Shown: in pieces, positions 1 through 9,078 of the stretch
How the letters are laid out: each line of letters starts with the position of its first letter
Numbering within the stretch: the stretch's first letter is position 1
NCBI GenBank assembly: GCA_039924865.1
Contig: JBDTAB010000163.1
Coordinates: forward strand, 1,047-65,046
Direction: 5' to 3'
DNA length: 64,000 nucleotides
From: Gemmatimonadaceae bacterium
GTDB lineage: Bacteria > Gemmatimonadota > Gemmatimonadetes > Gemmatimonadales > Gemmatimonadaceae
The notes under the pieces: generated by a model
What the model was told of the DNA's origin: nothing
The model's database searches: none
Seen by the model: the letters and a program-made list of their open reading frames with translations, nothing else
Translations under genes and position numbers: made by a program

Positions 1-264
1 ATTGACGAACTTTGCCAGGATTGCCTCGAGACCAGGCGCAGCTACCGGCGACGCGTGAATCTGGAGCCGATCAGCGAGCATGAGCACGATGAGATCGGCG
101 ACGATCTTCCCCTTTGGCGTGAGCGCGGCAGCGTACTGACCATGGCCAGGTTTGAGCCCGGCAACGTCGCTTGTGACAAGCCCGTTGAGTGTTGCGACAG
201 CATGCGCACCGAAGATGTCGATGCGCGCGCGATCCGATCGATCAATCAGCAGCGTATGACGCAT
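1..264 (-). CDS. GcvT/YgfZ-family folate-binding protein, 5' part (gene runs off the window start)
   Basis: Absent from the ORF track because it is open at the window edge. Reverse translation from ATG at 264 gives MRHTLLIDRSDRARIDIFGAHAVATLNGLVTSDVAGLKPGHGQYAAALTPKGKIVADLIVLM..., a typical N-terminus of aminomethyltransferase/YgfZ folate-binding proteins. Overlaps the glcF 3' end by 23 nt. Confidence 0.7.
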   Translation of the reverse strand, partial: MRHTLLIDRSDRARIDIFGAHAVATLNGLVTSDVAGLKPGHGQYAAALTPKGKIVADLIVLMLADRLQIHASPVAAPGLEAILAKFVN

Positions 265-1528
265 CAAGTAAATCTATAGGATGTACAACGCGCGCTTGCA
301 TATCGGCGCGAAGCAGCCCCGCACCCATCTGCATCAGGCATCCAGGATTGCCCGTTGCAACGAGTGACGCGTGCGACGCGCCGATGCGGTCCAGCTTGCG
401 GCCCAACACTGCGTCGGATGTCTCCGGTTCGATGAGATTGTAGATGCCGGCGCTTCCGCAACACTGATCCGATTCGTCCAGCGGCACCAGCTGCACTCCA
501 GGAATCGCCTGCAGCACGGTTATCGGAGCATCAGTGATTCTCTGCGCATGCTGCAGGTGACACGGCGCGTCGTATGCCACGGTGAATGGTATTGCGCCAC
601 CAGACACGGGACCAACCGCCGCGAGCAATTCGGTTGCGTCGCGCACGCGCGACGCAACGTCTCGCGCTCGGCTATTCCACACAGGATCTGCCTGCAGGAG
701 GTGGTCGTACTCCTTCATCATTGCGCCGCAACCGGCGGAATTGGTGACGATGTATTGCGCCCCTGATCGCTCGAACGCCGCAATGTTGCGGCGCGCGAGC
801 GTGCGGGCTCCTTCCAGGTCTCCGGCATGAGCGTGCAGCGCACCGCAACAGCCCTGTCCCGACGCTGCTGTCATTGTGTATCCGTTGCGCGTGAGTACTC
901 GCTCCGTTGCACGATTCGTCTCCGTGAACAGACCTTCCATCACGCATCCGAGTAGTAACGCGGCAGTGCCATTCTCCCCGTTCCCGGTCGCACGGTATTT
1001 GGATCTCTCCAGCGGAACCTCGGTCGAGGCGAGCATTGCCATGGCGAATCCGATGCGGCCCGGGGCCTTCATCAAAAGAGTCGGTATCGGCGTTGCCGCA
1101 AGCAGCCGCGCCATCGCCATCGCCAACCGCATCAGCGGCCGGTGCGCGAAAACCCGAAGCAGCAATCTCGACGTGATCGTTGGACCCTGACCCCCACGAA
1201 GTGTCGCGCGGGTTGCTTCGAGTAGACGCCCGTACTGCACGCCAGACGGGCATGCGGTTTCGCACCCCCTGCATCCCAGGCATCTATCGATATGCTCCCG
1301 TAGATCGGGGTCGTCCGGAGCCAGCACGCCGTCAACAAGCGCGCGCATCAACACGATTCTGCCCCGAGGTGAATCGTTCTCATCCTCAAGCACGAGATAG
1401 GTTGGACACGCCTCCAGACAGAACCCGCAGTGGACGCACGCGTCGAGCAGGGACTGTTCCTGCTCGAGCGGAGTGTCGGCGCAGGCTGGCCGCGTTGGAA
1501 TCTGTGTCGGCGTATCCCCGCCGGTCAT
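242..1528 (-). CDS. glcF: Glycolate oxidase iron-sulfur subunit
   Basis: 428-aa ORF with two ferredoxin-type 4Fe-4S motifs (CVHCGFCLEACP, CLGCRGCETACP) and C-terminal Cys-rich CCG-type repeats (GCCGALH, DQCCGSAG). ATGA overlap with the upstream glcE stop. Confidence 0.9.
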   Translation of the reverse strand: MTGGDTPTQIPTRPACADTPLEQEQSLLDACVHCGFCLEACPTYLVLEDENDSPRGRIVLMRALVDGVLAPDDPDLREHIDRCLGCRGCETACPSGVQYGRLLEATRATLRGGQGPTITSRLLLRVFAHRPLMRLAMAMARLLAATPIPTLLMKAPGRIGFAMAMLASTEVPLERSKYRATGNGENGTAALLLGCVMEGLFTETNRATERVLTRNGYTMTAASGQGCCGALHAHAGDLEGARTLARRNIAAFERSGAQYIVTNSAGCGAMMKEYDHLLQADPVWNSRARDVASRVRDATELLAAVGPVSGGAIPFTVAYDAPCHLQHAQRITDAPITVLQAIPGVQLVPLDESDQCCGSAGIYNLIEPETSDAVLGRKLDRIGASHASLVATGNPGCLMQMGAGLLRADMQARVVHPIDLLDASYAAD

Positions 1529-2202
1529 TCCGCCTCCTGCCTTTGCTGCATGATGCCGGGATTCAATATGTTGAACGGATCAAATCGCGACTTGAGCGCG
1601 GCCGCAAGTTGCGGATTGGTTATCACCGGCACTCGAAACCCGTGCGACGCCGGCATGTCGCGTCGCATGTGCGCAATCGAATCCCTTCGCATCATCCGCG
1701 ACCTTACCCGCAGCGTAACCTCCGTTATCACACCAAGCGTACCCCACGCTCCAATCATGAGCCGAGTGAGGTCGAATCCTGCAACGTTCTTTACGACACG
1801 CCCACCCGGCCGCACGATGTCGCCGGTTCCGAGCACTACTGTCATCCCGAGCACCTGATCACGTGCTGTACCGAAGTACGTTGCCGCCGGCCCATATGAG
1901 CACGTCGCTACAGTCGCTCCAATGGTGACGTCCAGACCGCCGTCCGGATCGAGCGCGATCCATTGGTCGCGTCGCGCGAGCGTCGAGGCGAGTTCCCTGA
2001 GAGTCGTGCCCGCTCGCGCGGTCACCGTGAGATCATCGGGAGCATACGCAACGATACCAGTGTCGTCGGCGAGTGAGATCTCACGGTCGGCGGCTACCGC
2101 CGCGACCGCTTCGAGCCATGTTCCTCGCCCCATGATGCGCAGCGAGGTTTTCTGAGCCCCTGCAACTCGAATCACGGATGCGATCTCGGCGTCACCTTGC
2201 AC
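1525..2202 (-). CDS. glcE: Glycolate oxidase FAD-binding subunit (compact form)
   Basis: FAD-binding PCMH-type sequence (SLRIMGRGTWL, VKNVAGFDLTRLMIGAWGTLGVITEVTLR), located between glcD and glcF. The ORF-track start at 2445 lies inside glcD. I prefer GTG at 2202 (11-nt overlap with glcD, N-terminal spacing like E. coli GlcE). ATG at 2244 is an alternative. Confidence 0.75.
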   Translation of the reverse strand: MQGDAEIASVIRVAGAQKTSLRIMGRGTWLEAVAAVAADREISLADDTGIVAYAPDDLTVTARAGTTLRELASTLARRDQWIALDPDGGLDVTIGATVATCSYGPAATYFGTARDQVLGMTVVLGTGDIVRPGGRVVKNVAGFDLTRLMIGAWGTLGVITEVTLRVRSRMMRRDSIAHMRRDMPASHGFRVPVITNPQLAAALKSRFDPFNILNPGIMQQRQEAE

Positions 2203-3649
2203 CTGCGTCCTCCCGGTCGCTGCGGAGCATTCCTGGCACCGCATGCCACTCGCGACATGCATGAACCGGAACAACCTTACCCGGATTTGCGCGCCTGTCG
2301 GGATCGAAAGCGCTGCGAAGGTCGCACATGGCCGCCAGCGTGGGTTCGTCGAACAGTTTTGGCATGTACGGCAACTTGTCCAGTCCCACGCCATGTTCGC
2401 CCGTGATGCTCCCGCCAGCAGCGATACACGTCTGCATGATCGCACTCATGGCGTCGTGAACCCGCTGCGCCTGATCCGGATCCCCAGCGTCGTACGAGAT
2501 GTTCGGATGGAGATTGCCATCGCCAGCGTGGAACACATTGCAAACCGTCAACCCGAACGAATCACCGATCGCGTGGATTTGCTCGAGCACGCTGGTCAGC
2601 TTCGTTCGGGGAATCACGGCATCCTGGACAACAAGATTCGGTGCAAGGCGTCCCATGGCTCCGAATGCTTTCTTTCGCCCCTGCCACAACCTAATTCGTT
2701 CGGCTTCGCTGGCCGCAACTCTCACGGATCGCGCGCCGCACTCGCTGCACAAGGCGCGCACTGCCTCCATGTCCGCATCGGCGCTCTCGCTTGTGCCGTC
2801 GACTTCGATCAGGAGAATCGCCGCTGCGTCCACTGGATAGCCAGCGGCGAATATGGACTCCTCCACTACCCGGATCGTTCCCGTATCCATGAACTCGAGC
2901 GCCGCCGGTATGATGCCCGACGCTATGATCGCAGACGTGGCACGGGTTGCGTCCGCGACGTCCAGGAAATCGGCGAGAGCTGTGCGAACGGCGTCCGGCC
3001 GTCGTGTGAGCCGAACCGTGATCTCGAGCGCGATCCCGAAGCACCCTTCCGATCCAATGAATGCGCCGAGAAGGTCGTATCCCTCCATCTTGCCATCCCG
3101 GTCGCCGATCTCGACAACGTCACCGTTCGGAAGAACCACTGTCGCCGCAAGAATGTGGTTCATGGTGACGCCGTACTTCAGGCAGTGGGGCCCTCCAGCA
3201 TTCTCGGCTACGTTGCCGCCGATCGTGCACGCCGCTTCGCTGGACGGGTCCGGAGCGTAGAATACGCCGTGTCGCGCGAGTCGCTTGTTCAGCGCCGCGT
3301 TGACTACACCAGGCTCAACGGTCGCACGCATGCGAGCGACATCCATGTCGAGAATACCCTTGAGCCGGTGCAGCCCCAGCAGAACAACGCCGTCCGCCAA
3401 TGCACCACCCGACAAACCGGTGCCAGCGCCGCGCGGGACGAACGAGACTCCCATCTCTGCGAGCACGCGCACTACCTGGATAGTCTCGTCCCGACTTCCG
3501 GGGAAGACGGCCATCGATGGCCGCTTGTGATATCCTGGCAAACCGTCCGACTCATATGCCAGCAGCTGAGCGTCACGGACCAGCACAAAGCGAGGTCCGA
3601 CGATCCCACGCAACGCCTCCGCAACGGAAGAGTTGACGCTGCCCGTCAC
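2192..3649 (-). CDS. glcD: Glycolate oxidase subunit GlcD (FAD-linked oxidase)
   Basis: 485-aa ORF. FAD-binding domain (FVPRGAGTGLSGGA) and C-terminal FAD-oxidase domain (GSITGEHGVGLDK). First gene of the D-E-F order. Confidence 0.9.
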   Translation of the reverse strand: MTGSVNSSVAEALRGIVGPRFVLVRDAQLLAYESDGLPGYHKRPSMAVFPGSRDETIQVVRVLAEMGVSFVPRGAGTGLSGGALADGVVLLGLHRLKGILDMDVARMRATVEPGVVNAALNKRLARHGVFYAPDPSSEAACTIGGNVAENAGGPHCLKYGVTMNHILAATVVLPNGDVVEIGDRDGKMEGYDLLGAFIGSEGCFGIALEITVRLTRRPDAVRTALADFLDVADATRATSAIIASGIIPAALEFMDTGTIRVVEESIFAAGYPVDAAAILLIEVDGTSESADADMEAVRALCSECGARSVRVAASEAERIRLWQGRKKAFGAMGRLAPNLVVQDAVIPRTKLTSVLEQIHAIGDSFGLTVCNVFHAGDGNLHPNISYDAGDPDQAQRVHDAMSAIMQTCIAAGGSITGEHGVGLDKLPYMPKLFDEPTLAAMCDLRSAFDPDRRANPGKVVPVHACREWHAVPGMLRSDREDAGAR

Positions 3650-4527
3650 GTCGCGTCTCCGCGTGCGGCGTCGGGCACCACAATTCTGAGCGCGTCCTTT
3701 TCGAGTCGGTATTCCAGTGTGTCGTCACCGGCCACGATTTCGCCATCAATGGCAATGTGGTGCCGGCGTTTCATCCTGATAGTGCAGGAATCGACCATGA
3801 AGCTGTCCAGCTCCGGAGTCCTCGAGATGCTGTGCAGCCCCTGCATCGCCGCGTCGAGTGCGAGCACCAGGATTCGCGCCGCCCGCCGTTCGCGCACTAC
3901 CACGACATGGAGGCAGCGACGACCACCGCGGACTCTGTTGCCGAGCGTCGGAGAACGAGTTTCGCGCTCGCCGACTCCCACGAATACAAGAGGTGTGCTG
4001 TAGCGCTTCCGCTCACCTGCCACATCGAGCTCGACTTCCACCGGATGTAATGAGTAGAACAGTCGAAGAGCCGCGAGGAGACTTGCGATCCGATAACCGA
4101 AGTACTTCTTAAGCCGGTTTCGGAGTCGCACGTACACGACGTATGCGCCGACTGTGCTCGTATTGAGGAACAGTCGTTGACCCACGTACCCGACGTCGGC
4201 GGTCGATGCCTGTCCGTTCAGCGCGACGTTGGCGGCCAGTGCGAGATCCGTTGGTATATCGTGATCCCGCGCGAAATGATTGAGCGTGCCGCCAGGCAGG
4301 ACGGCAAGCTCGATCTCCTTGCCGGCGAGCATTCCGGCGGCAGTGGCGACGCTTCCGTCACCGCCAGCGACGACGATCCTCCGCGGTCCGGTCGCTATGC
4401 TGTCACGCATTGCGCTCTCAAGCTTGTCTGGCTCGGTTGCGTGGATCTCGAATCCGCCCGCCTCCTCAAGCGCACGCTTTGCTGCCGCAGCCGTACCAGC
4501 GGCATCGTTCACAAACGCGGGGATCAC
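3646..4527 (-). CDS. Diacylglycerol-kinase-family lipid kinase (YegS/BmrU-like), paralog 1
   Basis: Motifs VVAGGDGSV and LPGGTLNHFARD. GTG start at 4527. 4-nt overlap with the glcD start. Confidence 0.8.
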   Translation of the reverse strand: MIPAFVNDAAGTAAAAKRALEEAGGFEIHATEPDKLESAMRDSIATGPRRIVVAGGDGSVATAAGMLAGKEIELAVLPGGTLNHFARDHDIPTDLALAANVALNGQASTADVGYVGQRLFLNTSTVGAYVVYVRLRNRLKKYFGYRIASLLAALRLFYSLHPVEVELDVAGERKRYSTPLVFVGVGERETRSPTLGNRVRGGRRCLHVVVVRERRAARILVLALDAAMQGLHSISRTPELDSFMVDSCTIRMKRRHHIAIDGEIVAGDDTLEYRLEKDALRIVVPDAARGDAT

Positions 4528-4530
4528 AGG

Positions 4531-4566
4531 GGTAAAATAAAGCGAGGGCCCATTGGTTGGGCCCTC
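4531..4566 (-). terminator. Rho-independent terminator downstream of the sigma factor gene
   Basis: The minus strand reads GAGGGCCCA-ACCAA-TGGGCCCTC (9-bp GC stem, 5-nt loop) followed by GCTTTATTTTACC. It begins 25 nt after the sigma-factor TAG stop. Confidence 0.6.
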
Positions 4567-4590
4567 GTTGTGCTTTCCAGCCGCCTCGAG

Positions 4591-5484
4591 CTAGGCGGCG
4601 CCCCAGAATCCCGAAAGCGCTCCGCCATCCGGTGACTGTCTTAACTTCTCGAATGCGCGCTCTCTGATCTGGCGGATTCGCTCGCGCGTGACGCCAAGTA
4701 GTGACCCGATTCTCTCGAGCGTCATCGCTTCGGAGTCCTGGCCGAGCCCGTAGTAGAGATAGAGGATCTTCCTCTCGCGCGGCGTAAGGTATCGCTTGAA
4801 CGCCTTGTCGATCGACTCTCGCATCAGCTTGAAGTCGGTGACCTCCTCGATTTCCCCGCCATCCACACCGGCAAAACGTTCGCCGAGGGTGGAGGCTTCG
4901 CGGTCGCTGCGGTCGATCGGCGCGTCGAGTGAAATTTCAGTCGCCGACATCTGCCGGGAAGAGCGCACCGTCTCGGGCGTCTCGTCGAGCAATCTTCCGA
5001 GTTCGTTGTCGGTGGGATCTCGCTTGAGTACCTGAGCGAGAACCGTCTCTGCTCTGGAAAGCTTGATCAACTGCGAATTTTGATTGAGCGGAATTCGGAC
5101 CGAGCGGGTCTGTTCGGCCAGCGCTTTCAGCACTGCCTGTCGAACCCACCACACGGCGTAGGAGATGAACTTGACGCCCTGGTCCGGATCGAACTTTCGA
5201 ACTGCCTTGAGCAACCCTTCGTTTCCGATTGCTACGAGCTCACTGAGATCCAGCCCGTGGCCCTGGTACTTCTTCACATACGAAATGACGAATCGAAGGT
5301 TTGCTGTAACAAGCCTTTCTGCGGCGCATTCATCACCTGCCTGCGCGCGTCGGGCGAGCCTTCGCTCTTCCTCGACGTCCGTTATCAGGGGCAGCTTCTG
5401 TATGTCGTGCAGGTACTGGTCGAAGGCTGTGGAAGGCGTAGCACGCGCGAACCCTTTTGGCCTACTTTCGACCGCTGCCGGCAT
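4591..5484 (-). CDS. rpoD: RNA polymerase sigma-70 family factor, compact RpoD/SigA-like (no region 1.1)
   Basis: Regions 2-4 are recognisable (NLRFVISYVKKY, ISYAVWWVRQAV, TLERIGSLLGVTRERIRQI). Start moved from the ORF-track position 5547 to ATG 5484. The first 21 codons have AT-rich third positions, and GGAG lies 5 nt upstream of ATG 5484. Confidence 0.85.
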   Translation of the reverse strand: MPAAVESRPKGFARATPSTAFDQYLHDIQKLPLITDVEEERRLARRAQAGDECAAERLVTANLRFVISYVKKYQGHGLDLSELVAIGNEGLLKAVRKFDPDQGVKFISYAVWWVRQAVLKALAEQTRSVRIPLNQNSQLIKLSRAETVLAQVLKRDPTDNELGRLLDETPETVRSSRQMSATEISLDAPIDRSDREASTLGERFAGVDGGEIEEVTDFKLMRESIDKAFKRYLTPRERKILYLYYGLGQDSEAMTLERIGSLLGVTRERIRQIRERAFEKLRQSPDGGALSGFWGAA

Positions 5485-5515
5485 AGACGCTCCAATAAGA
5501 TGGGCTGAAGCAGTC

Positions 5516-5544
5516 AGACTAATGCGGGAAAACAGTTTGGTCAA
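5516..5544 (-). promoter_or_regulatory. Candidate sigma-70-type promoter for the sigma factor gene
   Basis: Minus strand: TTGACC - 17 nt - TAGTCT, about 30 nt upstream of the preferred start. Motif match only. Confidence 0.3.
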
Positions 5545-5647
5545 CACCCATATTTCGTGCCAAACGAATGTGATGTGTCACATCGGTGGCGCGAAGCTGT
5601 CGCGCCCTGGTCCGAGCTCTGTTCCTACAGCGTATGGAGCGCCTTGC

Positions 5648-5830
5648 TCAGTTACTCGGCGGATCCTTCTGACGCGTCTTGCTGCTCGCGGTCAGAATCC
5701 CAAGGCCCACGAGCACTATCACGCCCACAGCAATCCACACCGTTGGCACGTTGAGCAAGTAGGCTCCAACGGCCAGACCGACGATTACTACGAAGTAACC
5801 GATGAGATAGGTGGTAAAGGCTGACATCAA
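5648..5830 (-). CDS. Small two-helix membrane protein (hypothetical)
   Basis: 60-aa ORF with two hydrophobic segments (YLIGYFVVIVGLAVGAYLL, VWIAVGVIVLVGLGILTA). ATGA overlap with the upstream 3D-domain gene supports translation. Confidence 0.55.
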   Translation of the reverse strand: MMSAFTTYLIGYFVVIVGLAVGAYLLNVPTVWIAVGVIVLVGLGILTASSKTRQKDPPSN

Positions 5831-6336
5831 TTCTCCGTTATGGCGACCAATGTGGCGGTCCCGCGCTGGCGACCGAATCTCCTTGCATCAGAGCAAGACG
5901 GAGTCCAGATATCGAGAGTCCTGCCTTTGACCTTCCCGCCCGTGTCATCGACCAGGAAGCGCCCCAGGTATTGCTTGCCGAGGAAGATCTCAACGTGGCG
6001 GGCCAGAGGAAATATCCGCGGGTCGGCGGCGACGATTCCTTCCCTCACGAAGTGATCGCGGCGCGTCGTTCCCTGTAGGCAATACTGTGTGAGCGATACT
6101 GTGAGTGGCTTCCCAGCTGGAGCTCGGACAAAAATATTGTGGAGCTTTGGGAGAGCCGGCAGCATCCGCCTGGCGCGAACCACGACTGGCGGCAGGATCT
6201 CGTCTGCGTAAACCAGAACCGGTGGATGCGTGAACGGCACAGGTTTCGGGTTCGGAAGCCGCGCGATACCACTCCACACGAGGAGGGCCGCAGCCAGTAC
6301 CGCGCCAATCGCGCGGTACACCTCCCACAACTTCAA
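5827..6336 (-). CDS. 3D-domain (MltA-like) protein with N-terminal membrane anchor
   Basis: C-terminal GIVAADPRIFPL...VDDTGGKVKGRTLDIW matches the 3D domain signature. N-terminal hydrophobic helix. ATGA overlap with the aroB stop. Confidence 0.75.
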   Translation of the reverse strand: MKLWEVYRAIGAVLAAALLVWSGIARLPNPKPVPFTHPPVLVYADEILPPVVVRARRMLPALPKLHNIFVRAPAGKPLTVSLTQYCLQGTTRRDHFVREGIVAADPRIFPLARHVEIFLGKQYLGRFLVDDTGGKVKGRTLDIWTPSCSDARRFGRQRGTATLVAITEN

Positions 6337-7466
6337 CCGAGAACCTCGGTCAAAAGTGAGTCTGGGAGGAGTGTGGTGTAGCCCGAATCCTGCGCGGCCA
6401 TGGTTCCAATTCGAGCCGGTACAGAGAACTCCGTTACTCCGGCACGGTTTTTCTTGTCGGACCGCATCGCTTCGATGATGCTGGAAGCTGAGGGGCCCGA
6501 TGGCCGCCTGGTGGGGAGGCCAGCGCTCTTGAGCGCGTCGCTGATGCGTGCGGCGGTACCCGGCTCGGTGACCCCAGCGCGCTCGGAGGCTGTGGCCTCC
6601 AGGAGCATGCCGATCCCGACCGCCTCTCCGTGGCGGATCGTGTAGCCGCTAAGCGCTTCGATCGCGTGTCCTATCGTATGACCAAAATTCAAGGCTTTAC
6701 GCGCTCCCAGTTCCCGTTCGTCCATGGCTACAACTCCCACCTTGAGGCGAATGCTCTTCTCGATGACGTAGTACAGCGCCGCAACGTCACGAGCCTCCGG
6801 GCCGGCAGTAATTATGGCGCCGGCCGCCTTGCTTGTGAAGTCGAAGTACGCCGCATCTCCTATCGCTCCGTGCTTCAGAGCCTCTGCCATGCCCGACCGG
6901 AGCTCTTCGACTGGTAGCGTCGCGAGAACGTCCGGGTCCACGATGACGGCCGCTGGCTGGTGAAAGGCACCGACGAGGTTCTTCCCCTTTAATGTATCAA
7001 CGCCGGTTTTCCCTCCAATGGAAGCGTCTATCATCGCGAGCAGAGTGGTCGGGACGTGAACCACTGGAATCCCTCGCATATAGGTGGCGGCTACAAACCC
7101 CGCCACGTCCAAGACCACGCCGCCGCCCAGCGCGATGATGGTTGAATCCCGCCCGAACCTGGCCTCGAGAAGCTGATCGGTCAGATCAGCCCACGTTTGG
7201 CGCGTCTTGTGCTCCTCGCCAGCAGGAAACGTACTTACAAGGGCCGGTCGCCCGCCGGCATCGAGCCGTCCTGCGACGCGGCCGGCGTACAGCGGTGACA
7301 CGGTACTGTCTGATATGACGGCGTAGCGATGCGCGGGCGCCCTCTCCAGGACGATCTCAGCGACTCTGTCCAGAAGCCCCGGAGCGATGCAAATGTCGTA
7401 TATGCCTGCGGACACGTACGCGATATCGCGTACGCCAGTCGTCTCCGAGTAACGCGAGGCTACCAA
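6333..7466 (-). CDS. aroB: 3-dehydroquinate synthase
   Basis: IALGGGVVLDVAGFVAATYMRGIPVVHVPTTLLAMIDASIGGKTGVD and GHTIGHAIE motifs. 377 aa. Confidence 0.92.
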   Translation of the reverse strand: MVASRYSETTGVRDIAYVSAGIYDICIAPGLLDRVAEIVLERAPAHRYAVISDSTVSPLYAGRVAGRLDAGGRPALVSTFPAGEEHKTRQTWADLTDQLLEARFGRDSTIIALGGGVVLDVAGFVAATYMRGIPVVHVPTTLLAMIDASIGGKTGVDTLKGKNLVGAFHQPAAVIVDPDVLATLPVEELRSGMAEALKHGAIGDAAYFDFTSKAAGAIITAGPEARDVAALYYVIEKSIRLKVGVVAMDERELGARKALNFGHTIGHAIEALSGYTIRHGEAVGIGMLLEATASERAGVTEPGTAARISDALKSAGLPTRRPSGPSASSIIEAMRSDKKNRAGVTEFSVPARIGTMAAQDSGYTTLLPDSLLTEVLG

Positions 7467-8011
7467 GTAACTTCGCCTGCACCAGCGCGCCGGTTCGCGA
7501 CCCGGGCGAGAGAGAACAGCAGATCCGAAAGCCGGTTGAGGTACACGATCACCAGGCTTGGCAGTTCAACGGAATGCTGCAGGTGCACGACCTTCCGCTC
7601 CGCGCGTCGGCAAACGGTGCGCGCAACGTGCAGTTCCGCGGCCTTGGGCGTGCCCCCGGGGATTATGAACGCCTTGAGCGGCTCCAGTTCGTTGTCGCAT
7701 GCGTCGATCGCGCGTTCGAGCTCCGCAATTCTGACCTCGTCGATTCGCGCCTTCGCGAGATGATCGTTCATCTTCGCGATGTCTGGAGTCGCTAGCAGCG
7801 CGCCGATTGCGAACAGATCCCGCTGCACAGAAACGAGAACCTCGTCGACGCGAGGCATCGGTCCGCTTGCCCTTGCGGCGCCAATGACCGCATTCAGCTC
7901 GTCCACATCGCCATACGCGTCAACGCGAGCGTCATCCTTCGGTACTCGGCCGCCACCAAAAAGCCCCGTCGTGCCCGCGTCGCCCGTCTTCGTATAGATC
8001 TTCATAGTCAT
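7460..8011 (-). CDS. PduO-type ATP:cob(I)alamin adenosyltransferase
   Basis: N-terminus MKIYTKTGDAGTTGLFGG and IPGG...AELHVARTVCRRAER are characteristic of the family. 183 aa. Confidence 0.88.
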   Translation of the reverse strand: MTMKIYTKTGDAGTTGLFGGGRVPKDDARVDAYGDVDELNAVIGAARASGPMPRVDEVLVSVQRDLFAIGALLATPDIAKMNDHLAKARIDEVRIAELERAIDACDNELEPLKAFIIPGGTPKAAELHVARTVCRRAERKVVHLQHSVELPSLVIVYLNRLSDLLFSLARVANRRAGAGEVTW

Positions 8012-8031
8012 ATCCGGGTAAATTTCGCCGT

Positions 8032-9048
8032 ATGGAGCACGAGATCAAAGACGTAACGATATTAGGCGCTGGCCCAACCGGACTTTTTGGCTTGTTTTAC
8101 TGTGGGATGCGTGGTGCAAGCGCACAGGTCATCGACGCGCTTTCACAGACTGGAGGTCAACTGACGGCGCTGTATCCCGAGAAATACATATTCGACGTTG
8201 CTGGGCTCCCCAGGATCCTCGCCAAGGATCTCGTCAAGTCACTTGAAGCTCAGGCGGCGCAGTTTGGTGAGCCGATTCACCTTGATCAGCATGTAATCGG
8301 TCTCGAGGAGAAGGACGGTCATTTTGTTCTGGTGACGAACACTGATCGTTTTCCAACGCGATCCCTGGTACTTGCCGCTGGGATCGGGGCGTTTTCTCCC
8401 CGTCGGCTGCCGCAGCCTGTTGCGGCGGCCTGGTACGGGAAGGGGATTCAGGATCGCGTGCTGGATCCGGAGCAGTTTCGCGGAAAACGCGTCGTCATCA
8501 TTGGCGGCGGAGATTCCGCGTTCGACTGGGCGCAGCAACTCCGCGGCACGGCGGCTACTGTCATGCTGGTTCACCGCAGCGATCGCTTTCGCGCGCACGC
8601 CGCGACGGTCGCGGACGTGCTGGCGTCCGCCGACTCCAGCTGTACCAAGATCTTCGCATTTCACGAACTTCACGACATCCATTCGGCGGGCGACCACTTC
8701 GATTCTGTCACACTCCGGCATGTAAAATCGAAGGTGTTGGCGGAGGTCGCGTGCGACGCGATTCTTCCAATGCTCGGCTTTGTGAGTGATCTCGGCCCAC
8801 TGAACGATTGGGGACTCCATCTCGTCAACGACGAGATTCTCGTCAATAGCCAGATGGAAACGGGTCATCCCGGCATATACGCTGCTGGAGACATTTGCAG
8901 CTACCCGGGGAAACTCAAGCTGATCGCTACGGGGTTTGGGGAAGCGGCGACCGCCGTGAATCAGGCGGTACACTGGATATATCCGGACAAGAAGGTCGCC
9001 CCCGGACACAGTTCCAACATGGCGCTGTTCGGGCAGAAAGACGACTGA
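8032..9048 (+). CDS. Thioredoxin-reductase-like ferredoxin-NADP+ reductase (YumC type)
   Basis: GAGPTGLF FAD dinucleotide motif, GGGDSAFDWA NADPH motif and AAGDI motif, with no CxxC redox centre. 338 aa. Confidence 0.8.
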   Translation: MEHEIKDVTILGAGPTGLFGLFYCGMRGASAQVIDALSQTGGQLTALYPEKYIFDVAGLPRILAKDLVKSLEAQAAQFGEPIHLDQHVIGLEEKDGHFVLVTNTDRFPTRSLVLAAGIGAFSPRRLPQPVAAAWYGKGIQDRVLDPEQFRGKRVVIIGGGDSAFDWAQQLRGTAATVMLVHRSDRFRAHAATVADVLASADSSCTKIFAFHELHDIHSAGDHFDSVTLRHVKSKVLAEVACDAILPMLGFVSDLGPLNDWGLHLVNDEILVNSQMETGHPGIYAAGDICSYPGKLKLIATGFGEAATAVNQAVHWIYPDKKVAPGHSSNMALFGQKDD

Positions 9049-9078
9049 CGGCTTTTCTGTCGGCTGTTTTCGCCATTT

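Noticed and set aside
55-279. 74-aa plus-strand ORF at the window start.
   Set aside because: The opposite strand encodes a clear GcvT/YgfZ-family N-terminus in this interval. The plus-strand product has no motif and would overlap glcF convergently.
2243-4003. 586-aa plus-strand ORF, the longest unassigned ORF near the window start.
   Set aside because: It runs antisense to glcD and the lipid kinase, both of which have clear family motifs. Its translation is Arg/Ser/Ala-rich and low-complexity with no motifs. This is the typical long antisense ORF artefact of GC-rich DNA.
5485-5547. ORF-track N-terminal extension of the sigma factor (MLTKLFSRISLTASAHLIGAS).
   Set aside because: The third codon positions are AT-rich, unlike the rest of the gene. 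A GGAG precedes the internal ATG at 5484, and a TTGACC-17-TAGTCT promoter-like motif falls within the extension.
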